NCBI GenBank assembly: GCA_001872605.1
Contig: MNXM01000306.1
Coordinates: 6,291-70,290 of the forward strand
DNA: 64,000 nucleotides
Direction: 5' to 3'
Origin: Armatimonadetes bacterium CG2_30_59_28
GTDB taxonomy: Bacteria > Armatimonadota > Abditibacteriia > CG2-30-59-28
The position numbers were made by a program, and so were the translations under genes. Positions 18,779 to 29,589 of this stretch are shown here, piece by piece; the first letter of the stretch is position 1; each line of letters begins with the position of its first letter. The notes beneath the pieces are model-generated. The model was not told the origin of the DNA. It saw only the letters and a list, made by a program, of their open reading frames with translations, and made no database searches.

Positions 18779-19924
18779 TCAGCGCACAACAGAGTGGTAC
18801 ACCTCCAGCGTTCTCGCTGCGACATGATCCCATTGTAGCGGACACGCCCATCGCAACGCACCTTCCCTCAACTTGGCGCGAAGCGGGGCGGAATCAACCA
18901 ACGCAGTCATGTGTTGCGCCAAATCTCTAGGGTCCGCAGGAGCTGAGGTGAGTAACACGTCTTCTCTGTCGGTGAGGCCAAGCTCCTCCATATCCGCGTC
19001 TCTCTGAGTGGTGATGGTGGGCAATCCGTGCGACATGGCGGCCATGAACGAGGTCCGCCGCATGGTCGCTCCGTCCGTGAAAGGAAAGACAGCGATGTCT
19101 GACCACGAGAGGTGATGGGACACCTCATTTGCGGTCAGAAAGCCGGTCCAGATTACGGAGTCCCGCAAACACAACGTATCTGTCAGGTCGGCCAGCCGAC
19201 GGTGATACGCATTGGAGGCAGGTTCAAATGAAGACATCATGAGCAACCGGGCTTGCGGATGTCGTTGGCTGACAGCGCGGAATGCTTTCAGGAGTTCCTC
19301 CGCGCCTTTGTTTGACTGCACAAACCCGAAATGAGCGATGACAATGTTGTCGGGGCCAATATCGTATCGCGAGTTGAGACGCGCCTCATGCTCCGGACCA
19401 AACTCGGCCACGGAGATTGACGGGGAGAGGCGGATAACCTTGATCTTGCGTCGCACCCAGGGCAGCAGCCGATCGTACAGCCTTCGTTCTGATTGCGCCG
19501 TTAGAATCACTGAATCGGCAAACGTAACGATCGATGCCACGGTGAGTTTGCGCAGGAAGTGCGTCACGCCAAACTCATGCACCGTGACAACCACCGGCAA
19601 GTCTGGGAGTCGCTTCTTGACTTCTCTTGTGAGTCCGGCAAGATCGGGCAGATGTCCGTACGCTTTGCCGGGGTACTGGAAGTGGAGGACATCAAAGGAT
19701 TGACTGGAAATCCAGTCGATTGCCCTTCGCCAGTTTCTCAGTTTCCAGTTCTCCAGTTCATGGCAGACATCTACGCGTGCCGGCGCCTCGTTACACCGGG
19801 TCGTTACGACCTCAACATCCGCCCCAGCCTGTCGCAGTTCGAGGATAAGCCGTTCGGCGTAATCCCCTATTCCGCAGGGAACCGGAGGATAGGATCCGGT
19901 AACCATGGCCACTCTCATCGGCAT
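18779..19924 (-). CDS. Glycosyltransferase family 4
   Basis: Motifs SYPPVPCGIGDY, TVHEF, HFGFVQSNKG and AAMSHGLPTITT. Confidence 0.88.
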   Translation of the reverse strand: MPMRVAMVTGSYPPVPCGIGDYAERLILELRQAGADVEVVTTRCNEAPARVDVCHELENWKLRNWRRAIDWISSQSFDVLHFQYPGKAYGHLPDLAGLTREVKKRLPDLPVVVTVHEFGVTHFLRKLTVASIVTFADSVILTAQSERRLYDRLLPWVRRKIKVIRLSPSISVAEFGPEHEARLNSRYDIGPDNIVIAHFGFVQSNKGAEELLKAFRAVSQRHPQARLLMMSSFEPASNAYHRRLADLTDTLCLRDSVIWTGFLTANEVSHHLSWSDIAVFPFTDGATMRRTSFMAAMSHGLPTITTQRDADMEELGLTDREDVLLTSAPADPRDLAQHMTALVDSAPLRAKLREGALRWACPLQWDHVAARTLEVYHSVVR

Positions 19925-19942
19925 GACACCCACTGGAAGGCG

Positions 19943-22318
19943 CTACTGTTCAAGTCGCACATCCCCAAGGTGGTAGGCAGAAGTGGGGATCGCCGAGAGT
20001 TCCCCGACCTTGGTGTCGGTTGTTACCCCGTCGACGAAGAGACGGTACGAGCTGTCGAGTTCCTTCCGATTGACGCGTAGGTAGAAGCGATCAACAACCG
20101 CGTGGGAACTGTTCCACAGCGTCATCGGCAAGTGGCCAAAAGCAGGAAGGTGGTTTATGGAGTAGGCGTCATTGTCGCCCTGACATATCAGCCGAATCTC
20201 CGGAACAATCTCCCGGGGAGTCCCCGCCCGCCATTTCAGGGCTACCTCGATGAACCCTCCGTTCGCAGCTCTTCTGGGTATCAGTTGAGCGTCCAGCAAC
20301 TCCAGACCGTTGGACGAGAACCTTGTTGCGCCTCGCGGTGTGGCGGGAAGCGTGAAAAGAGTCTTCAGTCCCTGTGCGTGGTCTGCTCCTTGCCGCAAGG
20401 TCACCACGCCATCGGAGTAACGGATAACGCCATATCCCCTGTCGGAAAAGATGAGGTGCTGACAGGGATCCATCAGGTAGATAACCGAATCTCCCAATAC
20501 CGGCTCCCAGAGGAAGGGCTCATGTAGATCGCGGATGACGTACTCCGCCCGTCCCGGGCTTTCCTCACCGTAGAACCGCTCCCTCCGTGAGACGCGCGGT
20601 CCAAGATGTTGGGAAACTGTAACGGAAGCATCCCTTGGGAGTTGCCTCACAGCCCCGGCCATGGCGCGGATGTGTTCAGCGTCCCAGAATCCGCGTGTGA
20701 CGGCAGGGAGCGCGAACGTTCTCTGGTAGAACACCCCTGAGCCGATCAGGAGTACGCCAAGCCAGACAGTCATTCTTCGCGTGGACATGCGCAGCCGACG
20801 GATCACCTCCGACATGGCCATCAGGGCTGCGACAAGAATGGCGGGCAGAAATGTCGCCGGGTATTGGGTCTGGTAATTCTTCATCAGAACCCAACCGCTG
20901 ATCAGGTGAAGAAAGAGAGCCGGCACGATGGTGAGCAGCACGGAGGGCGTAAGCAACGACAGGAATCCCAGAGGGGCCAACAGCGCAAAGAGGTACAAGG
21001 CATTCTCCCAGGTGAACAGCTCTACCACAATGAGTCGTGGATTGAGCGCGAAGGTTTTCAGCATCCCCAACATACCGGTCTTGAGGTGTCCCAGCATCTC
21101 CCGTTGCTGGGTTTCACCGGCGAGTCCTGAGGATACGTGAGAGAACCTCGGGAGCACAATGAGCGCCGCGGCCACATAGAGAATACAGCCGACGAAGACC
21201 CATAGTCCTCTTCTTGTCAATGAAGCATTGCCCCTCCATCGCCACGCCGCGTAAAGTCCCATCAAGGCCAGCACAAAACCCACGTCTTCACGACAAGCAA
21301 GCGACAGAAGTCCACTCACCAAAAACATCCTGCCGTTTCTCTTCTCCATCGCATAGAACGCAAACAGCAGAAACGGGATGGCCAAAGTGTTACCGTGGAT
21401 GGAATGCAGACAGACTCCCTGGATGGCGGGGTGCAGAAAGTAGGCGATGCAGCACACTAATGCCGCGCCATTGCTTTCCAGCTTCTCGCGAGCAAGTAGG
21501 AAGAGAGGGAATGCCCCCAAGGCGACAAACAGGGCCTGGGCGAACAAGGCTGTGCGAGGGTTTGAGTAGATCCAGTAAAGCAGGGAGATGGGGAGGTACA
21601 TCAGTTCCACACGGCCGCTGAAGGGGCGGAACTCCGGGCGGGCCTTGTCGACCGAGTGAACCAGCAGTCTTCCGTGGGCAGTGTTCCAGAGCGTCTGATC
21701 CATCACACCGAGGTCTGAAGTGAAGGTAAGCCATGCGTTGTGGCGGGATATTGCCGAAACGCTCAGGTAGGTTAATCCGCACACCAGAATGAGCGCCAGA
21801 CCCAGCCATGTTCTGCTTGGCACGGGTTGAGCCGCCATTGGAAGATCGCCGAACGTTGACAACGCGGGCTGTCGGACACAGAAGCAGACATTGGCGGCGG
21901 CGAAGAAAATGAAGGATGTAACGCCCAGGCAGAATAGCATGGAACTGAGACGATCGTCCGACCCCGGCTCCACCAAAGCTTTGGGCACGCTCTGCGCCGC
22001 GATCCACAGCAGCAGCGCCAGTGCCATCCACAGGAAACTCAGCGAGGAGTTCCGTGCTGCTTGCTGAGTGGAGTGCTTCCCAAAGGTGACCGCGCACCCA
22101 GCGAAGACACTCCAGAGGAGGATGGTCAGAAGCAAACAAGGGAGGATTTGCGCGGGAGCCGGGACAGCCGAAGGAGACGGTTGCAATGCTTGGGCGAGCA
22201 AAGCTCCCGTTACGAGGGGAATGAGAGCGTAGCGAAACGACTGTATTGGATGGCCAGCACGCTGCCGTCCGTTGTTGAGTCGCGTTGGTGACGGCTCAGC
22301 AGAGGGGCAGTCACACAT
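19943..22318 (-). CDS. DUF2079 domain membrane protein (predicted GT-C glycosyltransferase)
   Basis: Multi-TM protein with SDLGVMDQTLWN..HG, LLSLACREDV and a QY motif, followed by a soluble C-terminal domain. Confidence 0.8.
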   Translation of the reverse strand: MCDCPSAEPSPTRLNNGRQRAGHPIQSFRYALIPLVTGALLAQALQPSPSAVPAPAQILPCLLLTILLWSVFAGCAVTFGKHSTQQAARNSSLSFLWMALALLLWIAAQSVPKALVEPGSDDRLSSMLFCLGVTSFIFFAAANVCFCVRQPALSTFGDLPMAAQPVPSRTWLGLALILVCGLTYLSVSAISRHNAWLTFTSDLGVMDQTLWNTAHGRLLVHSVDKARPEFRPFSGRVELMYLPISLLYWIYSNPRTALFAQALFVALGAFPLFLLAREKLESNGAALVCCIAYFLHPAIQGVCLHSIHGNTLAIPFLLFAFYAMEKRNGRMFLVSGLLSLACREDVGFVLALMGLYAAWRWRGNASLTRRGLWVFVGCILYVAAALIVLPRFSHVSSGLAGETQQREMLGHLKTGMLGMLKTFALNPRLIVVELFTWENALYLFALLAPLGFLSLLTPSVLLTIVPALFLHLISGWVLMKNYQTQYPATFLPAILVAALMAMSEVIRRLRMSTRRMTVWLGVLLIGSGVFYQRTFALPAVTRGFWDAEHIRAMAGAVRQLPRDASVTVSQHLGPRVSRRERFYGEESPGRAEYVIRDLHEPFLWEPVLGDSVIYLMDPCQHLIFSDRGYGVIRYSDGVVTLRQGADHAQGLKTLFTLPATPRGATRFSSNGLELLDAQLIPRRAANGGFIEVALKWRAGTPREIVPEIRLICQGDNDAYSINHLPAFGHLPMTLWNSSHAVVDRFYLRVNRKELDSSYRLFVDGVTTDTKVGELSAIPTSAYHLGDVRLEQ

Positions 22319-23315
22319 CCTCGGGGCCGCTCTCTTCGTCTCGGCCTGAGATTAGCAAGTGCTTGCACTGCTTCTGAATCTTGTAAACCTCTTTCCGCAG
22401 CGCAACGATTTGTGTGCCGATGAATCCGAAACTCAAGAATTGAATGCCTCCGAGAATCAGAAGCAACACGAGGAAGAACAAGGGGCGGCCCGGGGTAAGG
22501 TTGCCCGTGTAACGGAGAATGGCGAGGTACACACCTCCCAGGAATCCAAGTAGCCCCAGGATCAGTCCCACCAGTCCAAAGAGCAGCATGGGTTGCTCGA
22601 AGAGGGAGAAAACGAGGTGAGAGCGTGCGGTGTTGCCCAGTTTGAACTTCGACTTGCCCTTCTTCCGAGACGAGAGGGTGGCGGGGACTTCGGCGACGCG
22701 GAATCCGAGTGCGAAGGCTTTGGAGAGTATCTCAATATGGATTTCCTTCCCATCGGACTCCAGTTCGAGCGACTGCAGTACGTGGCGACGGTAGGCCCGT
22801 GTCATGCCCGTCATGGTAGACACGCGCCCCGACATGGCCATTCCCAGAACTCTATTCCCGGTTCGGCTGATCCACGCGCGGAATGGAGGCACATTCTCCA
22901 CCTTTCCGCCGGGCATGTAAGGAGACGCGACCACCATGTCGGTCATCGGCTCCGCTTGCAGTTTGGCGATCATCTGAAGAAGGCATTCCGAGCTGTAGCT
23001 GAGGTCGGCTTCGGTGGTCACAACAATCCCGCCCCGCGCTTCGCGCATTCCGGCCCGCAGGGCATAGCCCCGACCACGGTTGGGTTGGTAGGAGACCAGC
23101 CGGACGCGTGCATCCCGGGCCGACGCTTCACGGGCGACTTTCTCCGTCTCATCCAGACTGCCGTCATTAACCAGAATCAACTCAAAGGTAAACGGCTTCT
23201 CATCAAAAGCCTCGGTGAAGCGAGCCGCGATGTCGGGAATGTTATCCGCTTCATCGTACATGGGGATAACCAAGGAGACATCGAGGGTTGATGACTGTTG
23301 TGTTTCGGAACTCAT
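22311..23315 (-). CDS. GT2 polyprenyl-phosphate glycosyltransferase (DPM1/ArnC/GtrB-like) with two C-terminal TM helices
   Basis: Motifs SLVIPMYDE, VNDGSLDET, NRGRGYALRAG, EADLSY and RKKGKSK. Confidence 0.88.
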   Translation of the reverse strand: MSSETQQSSTLDVSLVIPMYDEADNIPDIAARFTEAFDEKPFTFELILVNDGSLDETEKVAREASARDARVRLVSYQPNRGRGYALRAGMREARGGIVVTTEADLSYSSECLLQMIAKLQAEPMTDMVVASPYMPGGKVENVPPFRAWISRTGNRVLGMAMSGRVSTMTGMTRAYRRHVLQSLELESDGKEIHIEILSKAFALGFRVAEVPATLSSRKKGKSKFKLGNTARSHLVFSLFEQPMLLFGLVGLILGLLGFLGGVYLAILRYTGNLTPGRPLFFLVLLLILGGIQFLSFGFIGTQIVALRKEVYKIQKQCKHLLISGRDEESGPEDV

Positions 23316-23354
23316 GAGTCGATTCCACCTGTAATCTGGTTCATCTCCGCACCG

Positions 23355-24545
23355 CTAAGACAGGGCATGGCTGTAGACAGTCAGCAATTTCCCGACCTGT
23401 GCATCGCGACTGTATTCCCGCTCCGCGAGCTGCCGCGCTTGTTGTCCCATACGCAACCGCATTTCCTTATCCCTCAACAACTGTGCAAGCGCAAGCGCCA
23501 GGGCGTCGGAGTCCTCGGGAGGGACGATGAGACCCGTCTCCCCGCTCCTGATGATGGTGGGGATCCCACCCACGGAAGTCCCAATTGCGGGTTTTCCCGA
23601 CGCGGCGGCCTCCAGCAGGACGATTCCCATCCCCTCGCTGCGCGAGGGCAGCAGAAAGACATCACATGCGCGGAAATAAGGCGGGAGTTGATCATGCGAT
23701 AGCGGGCCCACGAACTGTACCTGCGAGGCCACGCCCAGCCGTTCCGCTTGATCTCCGAGGGCGTCTCTCTCCTTGCCCCCGCCGACGATGATGAATTTGA
23801 CCCGACTTTCGCTTGTATCCAGTTGAGAAAGGGCCTGAAGGGCCAAGTCAATTCCCTTCCGACCGATGAGGTTGCCTACGAATAGCACGTGCAGGTCAGT
23901 GCCCTCGAAACCGGCGGCCTCTCTTGCCTCTGCAATATCCGACGCCGGATGGAACTGGGCGATGTCCACCCCTGTCTCGAAGATCAGGCTCTCAGGAACG
24001 GTCCGGCCTCCGAGCTCCGTCGTCAGGTTCAGCAGGGGTTCACTGTTGGCTGTGCAGACTTGGGCCTGCCTTAATGTCCATCGGAGCAGAGACTTCAGAC
24101 CAGGCTTCATCCCCCAGACAAGGAGATCAGATCCGTGGGTGGAAATGACGAGTGGAATCCCACGGTGCCGCCTCCCCAAGGCGGCCATCAGCCCCGTCGG
24201 GATGGCCCAGTGACCGTGAAGAATGTCATACTCTCCCTCTCGAAGCGCCCTCCGTAAAGCTCTGATGCCGCAGCGCATGTAGCTGAGCATCAGCTTGACG
24301 GGAATGGAGGAATAGTCGGCGAGTATCTTCTGCTCCGACCGAAAAGAGAACCGTGTTATGTTCACGCCGTCGGTTTCCTCGACCGCTGGGCTATCCTCAA
24401 AAATTCTCGGGGTCAGAACATCCACGGCGATGCCACGGCGAACGAGTTCATCGGCAAGGTCCTTGATAAAGGTGCCGCGCACGCCCCCTGGGCGGTCCGG
24501 GTAGGTGGGTGTTACGAACAGCACTCGCTTGGGAGATCGATTCAC
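23355..24545 (-). CDS. Glycosyltransferase family 4
   Basis: Motifs HGHWAIPTG, FVGNLIGRKG and EGMGIVLLEA (Ex7E). Confidence 0.9.
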   Translation of the reverse strand: MNRSPKRVLFVTPTYPDRPGGVRGTFIKDLADELVRRGIAVDVLTPRIFEDSPAVEETDGVNITRFSFRSEQKILADYSSIPVKLMLSYMRCGIRALRRALREGEYDILHGHWAIPTGLMAALGRRHRGIPLVISTHGSDLLVWGMKPGLKSLLRWTLRQAQVCTANSEPLLNLTTELGGRTVPESLIFETGVDIAQFHPASDIAEAREAAGFEGTDLHVLFVGNLIGRKGIDLALQALSQLDTSESRVKFIIVGGGKERDALGDQAERLGVASQVQFVGPLSHDQLPPYFRACDVFLLPSRSEGMGIVLLEAAASGKPAIGTSVGGIPTIIRSGETGLIVPPEDSDALALALAQLLRDKEMRLRMGQQARQLAEREYSRDAQVGKLLTVYSHALS

Positions 24546-24550
24546 TTTGC

Positions 24551-25534
24551 TCAGACATCCTCTTCTTGATGCAAACGGCTCCGCTCAAATTCGACGATCT
24601 GTGCGAGTGTATCATCCAGGCTGAGCTTCGGCTCGAACCCGATCAGCCGCCGCGCCTTCTCAATGCTCGGCACTCGTCGCTCCATGTCCTCAAACCCGGG
24701 CTGATACGCTTCCTCGTAAGGTACGTGAACAATGCTGGACGGGCCGCCAACAATTCCCAATATACGTTCCGCAAGTGCGTTGATGGTTACTTCCTCATCG
24801 TTCCCCAGATTGATCACCTCGCCGACAGTTTCCTCTGTGTCCATCATTTCAATGACCGCTGGCGCAACGTCCAGGACGTTGCAGAAGCAGCGCGTCTGGT
24901 TGCCATCCCCGTAGACGGTAATGGGTTTTCCCCTCAAAGCCTGACGCACAAAGCGTGGAACAACCATCCCGTAGTGCCCCGTTTGTCGGGGTCCAATCGT
25001 GTTGAAGAAGCGGGCGATGAAGGCTTGGACGCCAAACTGGCGCACGTATGCAAGAGCCAGGAATTCGTCCAACGCTTTGCTGCAAGCATAGGACCATCGG
25101 TTTTTCGACGTGGGCCCGAGAACAATGTCGGCTTCCTCGACAAAGGGGATGTGTAACCCCTTTCCGTACACTTCCGAAGTCGACGCGATAAAGACGGGGC
25201 GCGCATGGCGACGCGCCAGCTTCAGCGCCATTTCGGTTCCCTGCACGTTGATGGTGATCGTGTGAACGGGATCCTCGATAATCAGTCGTACACCCACCGC
25301 TGCAGCCAGATGGATGATGCGGTCGCACTCCGACACCAGTCGGTCCATCACCGTTTCATTGAGCACCTCGGCCTCAACGGTGTGAAGGCGCGAGTGGTTC
25401 CGAACGGGGGCGAGGTTATCCATATTTCCCGTCGAGAGGTCATCAAGCACGACGACATCGTTGTCTTCCTTCAATAAGTATTCGACAATGTGACTGCCGA
25501 TGAATCCCGCGCCACCGGTGATGAGATATTTCAT
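24551..25534 (-). CDS. NAD-dependent nucleotide-sugar epimerase/dehydratase (extended SDR)
   Basis: Motifs TGGAGFIGSH, HLAAAVGV, STSEVYG, YACSK and RFFNTIGPRQ. Confidence 0.9.
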   Translation of the reverse strand: MKYLITGGAGFIGSHIVEYLLKEDNDVVVLDDLSTGNMDNLAPVRNHSRLHTVEAEVLNETVMDRLVSECDRIIHLAAAVGVRLIIEDPVHTITINVQGTEMALKLARRHARPVFIASTSEVYGKGLHIPFVEEADIVLGPTSKNRWSYACSKALDEFLALAYVRQFGVQAFIARFFNTIGPRQTGHYGMVVPRFVRQALRGKPITVYGDGNQTRCFCNVLDVAPAVIEMMDTEETVGEVINLGNDEEVTINALAERILGIVGGPSSIVHVPYEEAYQPGFEDMERRVPSIEKARRLIGFEPKLSLDDTLAQIVEFERSRLHQEEDV

Positions 25535-25552
25535 GGGTGCACTCTCAATAAC

Positions 25553-26998
25553 TTAGGATGGTTTGCGTACCCCAAACGAATACAAAGTGATTGCTCCGAA
25601 GTGTTTCGTTGTGTCGCAGCGAGCGTTCTCCTTCAGCCACTGTAACACGTGATTTCTGGGATCAATGCCCATCTGTGACCCTGGAGAGATAACCAGAAAG
25701 ACCCGATGGACTCGTTGAATCTCCGTCCGGCCAAAATCGGCAGCGACCGTTTGCATCGAAGGGGGTATCGTCTTTGGCATTCCTTCCCAGTGAAGGCTGC
25801 CATGTGTGTAGTACGCAAAGGGATAGAAACTATAGGGACCGTTGAAGACCGCAATATCTCCCTGCTGCCAATGGCGCTCAATGTATGCGGAGATGTTCCG
25901 CCACGGGTCTCTGCCTGCCTGGTCGGGACCGTAATACTTCCAGTAGGACGCGGCAGTAAGAATCAACACCATGCCGAGGTAAACGGGAAGCGCCGCAGAG
26001 CGTCGCCTCTGCATTCGTTCGAGTCCCAGCCCCAGAATCCACATCAACGGCACGAAGGCCGGAAAGAAGTATTTGGAATGGCTCATACCGGTCTTCCAAC
26101 TCAGCGCCATGCTCATGGCAAATGGAATCGCGAAGGGCAGCAGTGTGGCGGCATGGAAGAGCCGGTTGGGCTGGCGCCAAGTCATGGCACGGAGGAACAC
26201 AATGAATGATAGGCAGACGGTTAGCAGACACAATGTGTGCAGAGAGCTATCCTGCAGGTAGTACGAGAATCCGCTCAGGAAATCAGTGATCGCAACAAAG
26301 CCAGCGGCGCAGGCACGGCCCCAGTCTCCACCGGCAGAGCTGGAAGCGATGGACGTGGCGTGATGGAACAGTCCGGTCGCCCACGGCAAGTAACAAAACA
26401 GGATGGCCGCTTGTGCCGCAAGGAACCCTCGCCAGCGGAGGAGCGGTCGTCCTTCTGTCACGGCTACCACCGCCCAGCCAGCGACCACGATAGACCAGGC
26501 CAGGTTATGTGTATACAACCCCAGAACTGTGAACACGACGTGCCCGACGGCGCTGCGCGTCGACCGTGTTTGCAGCATTCGTAACAGACAATACAGGGAC
26601 CCGGTGCAGAAGAGCACGAGGAAAGAGTACATCCGCGCTTCCTGCGAATGGTGAATGTGAAGAGGCGACACAGCCACTAATACCGCGGCCCACATGCCGG
26701 CGCGGGGGAAACCGAGGCGATCGAGAAACTGGTAGCTCAGTGGCACGGTCGCAATCCCCGCAAGGGCCGAAGGCAGCCGCACCAGCCATTCGCTCCTGCC
26801 AATCATTGCGACGAAATGAAGCATCACATGATACAGCGGTGGATGCAGGTCGCCTCTCCATATTTGCGCGAGAGATCTTTCCGCAAGCAGCACGCTGAAA
26901 CTCTCGTCCACCCCCAAGCTCTTCGTGCCCAATTGGTACAGCCGCAAGAGGGCGGCAACACCAATGATGCAAACCAGCAGCGTTTTGCTCCGGTTCAT
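25553..26998 (-). CDS. GT39/PMT_2-family membrane glycosyltransferase (GT-C)
   Basis: Multi-TM protein with LRLYQLG..SL..DE, HPPLY, RLPS and HSQEARMYS. Confidence 0.85.
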   Translation of the reverse strand: MNRSKTLLVCIIGVAALLRLYQLGTKSLGVDESFSVLLAERSLAQIWRGDLHPPLYHVMLHFVAMIGRSEWLVRLPSALAGIATVPLSYQFLDRLGFPRAGMWAAVLVAVSPLHIHHSQEARMYSFLVLFCTGSLYCLLRMLQTRSTRSAVGHVVFTVLGLYTHNLAWSIVVAGWAVVAVTEGRPLLRWRGFLAAQAAILFCYLPWATGLFHHATSIASSSAGGDWGRACAAGFVAITDFLSGFSYYLQDSSLHTLCLLTVCLSFIVFLRAMTWRQPNRLFHAATLLPFAIPFAMSMALSWKTGMSHSKYFFPAFVPLMWILGLGLERMQRRRSAALPVYLGMVLILTAASYWKYYGPDQAGRDPWRNISAYIERHWQQGDIAVFNGPYSFYPFAYYTHGSLHWEGMPKTIPPSMQTVAADFGRTEIQRVHRVFLVISPGSQMGIDPRNHVLQWLKENARCDTTKHFGAITLYSFGVRKPS

Positions 26999-28191
26999 TG
27001 CGGTTGTCGTGTCCGTGCGCGACTCCCTCGTAGGATATGCGTCGCTGCATCAGTAATCTCTCGACTGGATATCAACGCCATACACCGCACCAATTTGGGA
27101 CAGACCTCCAGTTCGCAGCCGCCACAAGGCACTTCTTTGCGGATGGGAATATGGTGATCCCCAAAGGGACGCCACTCGTTGAGAGTGGTCATGCTGGCAA
27201 ATGCAACGACGGTTGGCGTCCCTACCGCTGCCGAGATGTGCATGGCGCCACCGTCCACGGTGACAACAAGGCGGCATCGCTCGAAGAGGGCGCCCAGTTC
27301 CTTCAGCGTCAGACTGCCTGTGAGGTCGAGGTGACGTACGTGGATGAGATCGGTAATCTGTCGGACGAGGTCGCGCTCCCCCGGGCTTCCTGTAAACACG
27401 AGATCGACGCCATTCTCATCAACCAGCTCGCGCGACACTTCCGCAAACCGCTCTGCAACCCACAGCTTCGATTTGCATCCAGCGCCGGGATGGACCGCCA
27501 CGAGCGGCCTTTGCCCATGACTAAAATGCAGCGACAGCAACTGATCTACACGTCCTCGGGCCTCCGCGGGGATGGGGAAGAGGAGGGCGGGTTCGAAAAG
27601 TGTCTCGGGTTGGTTAGTGGGATGAAGGGCTTGTGCAACGTCCAAACTCCGATAGACTTCGTGCTGGTACTTGGTGCGCTGCGCGATCCGGTTCAGAAGA
27701 AAGCCTCCTCCCTGGTCGGCATAACTCACCCGGTACGGAATGCCGGCGAGTGTCATGAGCAGCAGGTTGCGAAAATCTCCGCGCAGGTCAATGCCGAGGT
27801 CAAACCTCTGAACCCTCAGTCGGCGCGCCTCTCGGATGAGAGACGGCAGCAACGGCGGTGCAGAGCCACTTCGATCAAACCACGGCGCCGCGTAAGATTG
27901 GAGGTCATCAATGTCGGGGTTGTCCACCAGCGTCTCCATTGACCAAGGACCCACCAGGGCCGCTATCCTTGCTCGAGGGAACTCCTCCCGAAGCTGGTGC
28001 AGGGCGGGAGTGCTCAACAACACGTCGCCAATATGGTCCAGCCGGAGGACAATCGCTCTCTTTGCAGCGGGAGCGGGACCGCGGCGCCACAGAGGCGAGA
28101 ACAACCCCAGAACCCTCCGGGCGGCTTCTCCAATAACATCCACGAGGGTAAAGAGCGTGACCCAGCGGCGTTTCTTGAATCGGTACGTCAT
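26995..28191 (-). CDS. Glycosyltransferase family 9 (heptosyltransferase-like)
   Basis: Motifs RLDHIGDVLL.TP, HPGA..SKLW and VDGGAMHISAAVG. Confidence 0.88.
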   Translation of the reverse strand: MTYRFKKRRWVTLFTLVDVIGEAARRVLGLFSPLWRRGPAPAAKRAIVLRLDHIGDVLLSTPALHQLREEFPRARIAALVGPWSMETLVDNPDIDDLQSYAAPWFDRSGSAPPLLPSLIREARRLRVQRFDLGIDLRGDFRNLLLMTLAGIPYRVSYADQGGGFLLNRIAQRTKYQHEVYRSLDVAQALHPTNQPETLFEPALLFPIPAEARGRVDQLLSLHFSHGQRPLVAVHPGAGCKSKLWVAERFAEVSRELVDENGVDLVFTGSPGERDLVRQITDLIHVRHLDLTGSLTLKELGALFERCRLVVTVDGGAMHISAAVGTPTVVAFASMTTLNEWRPFGDHHIPIRKEVPCGGCELEVCPKLVRCMALISSREITDAATHILRGSRARTRQPQ

Positions 28192-28353
28192 TGATCAGCA
28201 GCCCACCCGGGTTCGGGGAACGCTCCCCCGCCGTGTCCGTTCGCTTTCGAGGGCAGACGGGAGATTCTTCTCAATGGCCACAGCCGTTCCTGCAGCGTGT
28301 GGTCAAGATGATTCTCTTCGAGATAAGCCCAATGATCCGGATTCTGCGGGAGT

Positions 28354-29583
28354 TCAGATTTGTCCGCGGGGTTCCCTGTCTCTTGCGCTTGCCCGGCGTG
28401 CAGGCCGTCTGGCAACTGCCGTCAGCTTCTGCAACTCAACCTGCTGGAGGACTGATCTGTAGGTGTCCAGTAATCGGTCACTTGTAGCCTCGTTCGAGAA
28501 AAGCGTTGACGCACGTCGAAGCCCTCGTTCCCTCAGGTGAGACGCCAACTGCGGGTCGTTCAGCAGTTTGTGAAGCTGCTGCGCGAGGTGATCGGCATCT
28601 CCTTCACGGAAGATCAGTCCGGCATCTCCCATCACGTTTGGGATTGAGCCGGACGATGACCCAATCACTGGAACGCCGCTTGCCATCGCCTCAACCAGCA
28701 CTCTCCCGAATTGCTCCTTCCAAAGGGGAGTGGTCATTGATGGAAGCACCAGCACATCCATGGCATTCATCCACTCGGGGCACTCCTGAATGGAGATTTG
28801 GGTGTCGATGCGCAACCTGTTAGCGATGCCCGCTTCCTTTGCGAAAGAGAGCAGACGCTCACGGTCCGGTCCATCTCCGGCGACCAGAACGCTCCACTTT
28901 TCCCGATGAGCGGCCGTCGCCATCAGGAGAAGATGCACTCCTTTTTCGGGGATGAGCCGTCCAACATATCCGACAATTGGTGGGGGAAGCCCCAGGCTTT
29001 TCCGGGCATTGTCTGTGTTCCGAGGGCGGAAACGGTTTGTGTCCACGCAAAGGGTGGAGAAGACGTCGATGGGCTTACAGAATCCGCGCTGCAGGAGCAC
29101 GGTTCTCGCTGGTTCGCTTCCCGCGATGGCTCTGGTAGCGGTGCGGTAGACGACTTTCTCGCAGGCCTTGTGCAGATGGCGCCGCCGGCTGAAGAACGAA
29201 TGCTGTTGATTGATGTTCTCCCAAGTCATGAAGACCAACGGTACTGAGGGATGCACACGATTCCGTGCGACGCAGACCTGCCGGGCAACGAGGCTGGAAG
29301 GTTCCTCGTCGAGGTGGATCAGGTCCGGTTGGGCTATACGCATGGTCGCTTCGAGGTCGATGTAGTGGTGAATGAACTGCTTCCCCTGGAACCGGACGGA
29401 AAGAGGGCAGACGACAAACCGGTCGGACTCGAGCGGTTGGGACTCGCGGAACTGGCAGCCTTCCGTCCAACCTCGGGGAGTAACTATCGTGATCGAAGTG
29501 TCCGGATGCCTACGAGTCAGGAGCGACCACTTCTCGCGGTAGGGTGGGATGACTGCTGCGTGAGAGATGACGAGTATTCTCAC
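28354..29583 (-). CDS. Glycosyltransferase family 4
   Basis: Motifs DEEP, GYVGRLIPEKG and WKEQFGRVLVEAMASG. Confidence 0.9.
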   Translation of the reverse strand: MRILVISHAAVIPPYREKWSLLTRRHPDTSITIVTPRGWTEGCQFRESQPLESDRFVVCPLSVRFQGKQFIHHYIDLEATMRIAQPDLIHLDEEPSSLVARQVCVARNRVHPSVPLVFMTWENINQQHSFFSRRRHLHKACEKVVYRTATRAIAGSEPARTVLLQRGFCKPIDVFSTLCVDTNRFRPRNTDNARKSLGLPPPIVGYVGRLIPEKGVHLLLMATAAHREKWSVLVAGDGPDRERLLSFAKEAGIANRLRIDTQISIQECPEWMNAMDVLVLPSMTTPLWKEQFGRVLVEAMASGVPVIGSSSGSIPNVMGDAGLIFREGDADHLAQQLHKLLNDPQLASHLRERGLRRASTLFSNEATSDRLLDTYRSVLQQVELQKLTAVARRPARRASARDREPRGQI

Positions 29584-29589
29584 GGACAG

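Noticed and set aside
26995..28191. GT9 as evidence of an LPS core (waa) locus
   Set aside because: No Kdo transferase, lipid A or ADP-heptose genes are in the window, so no waa symbol was assigned.
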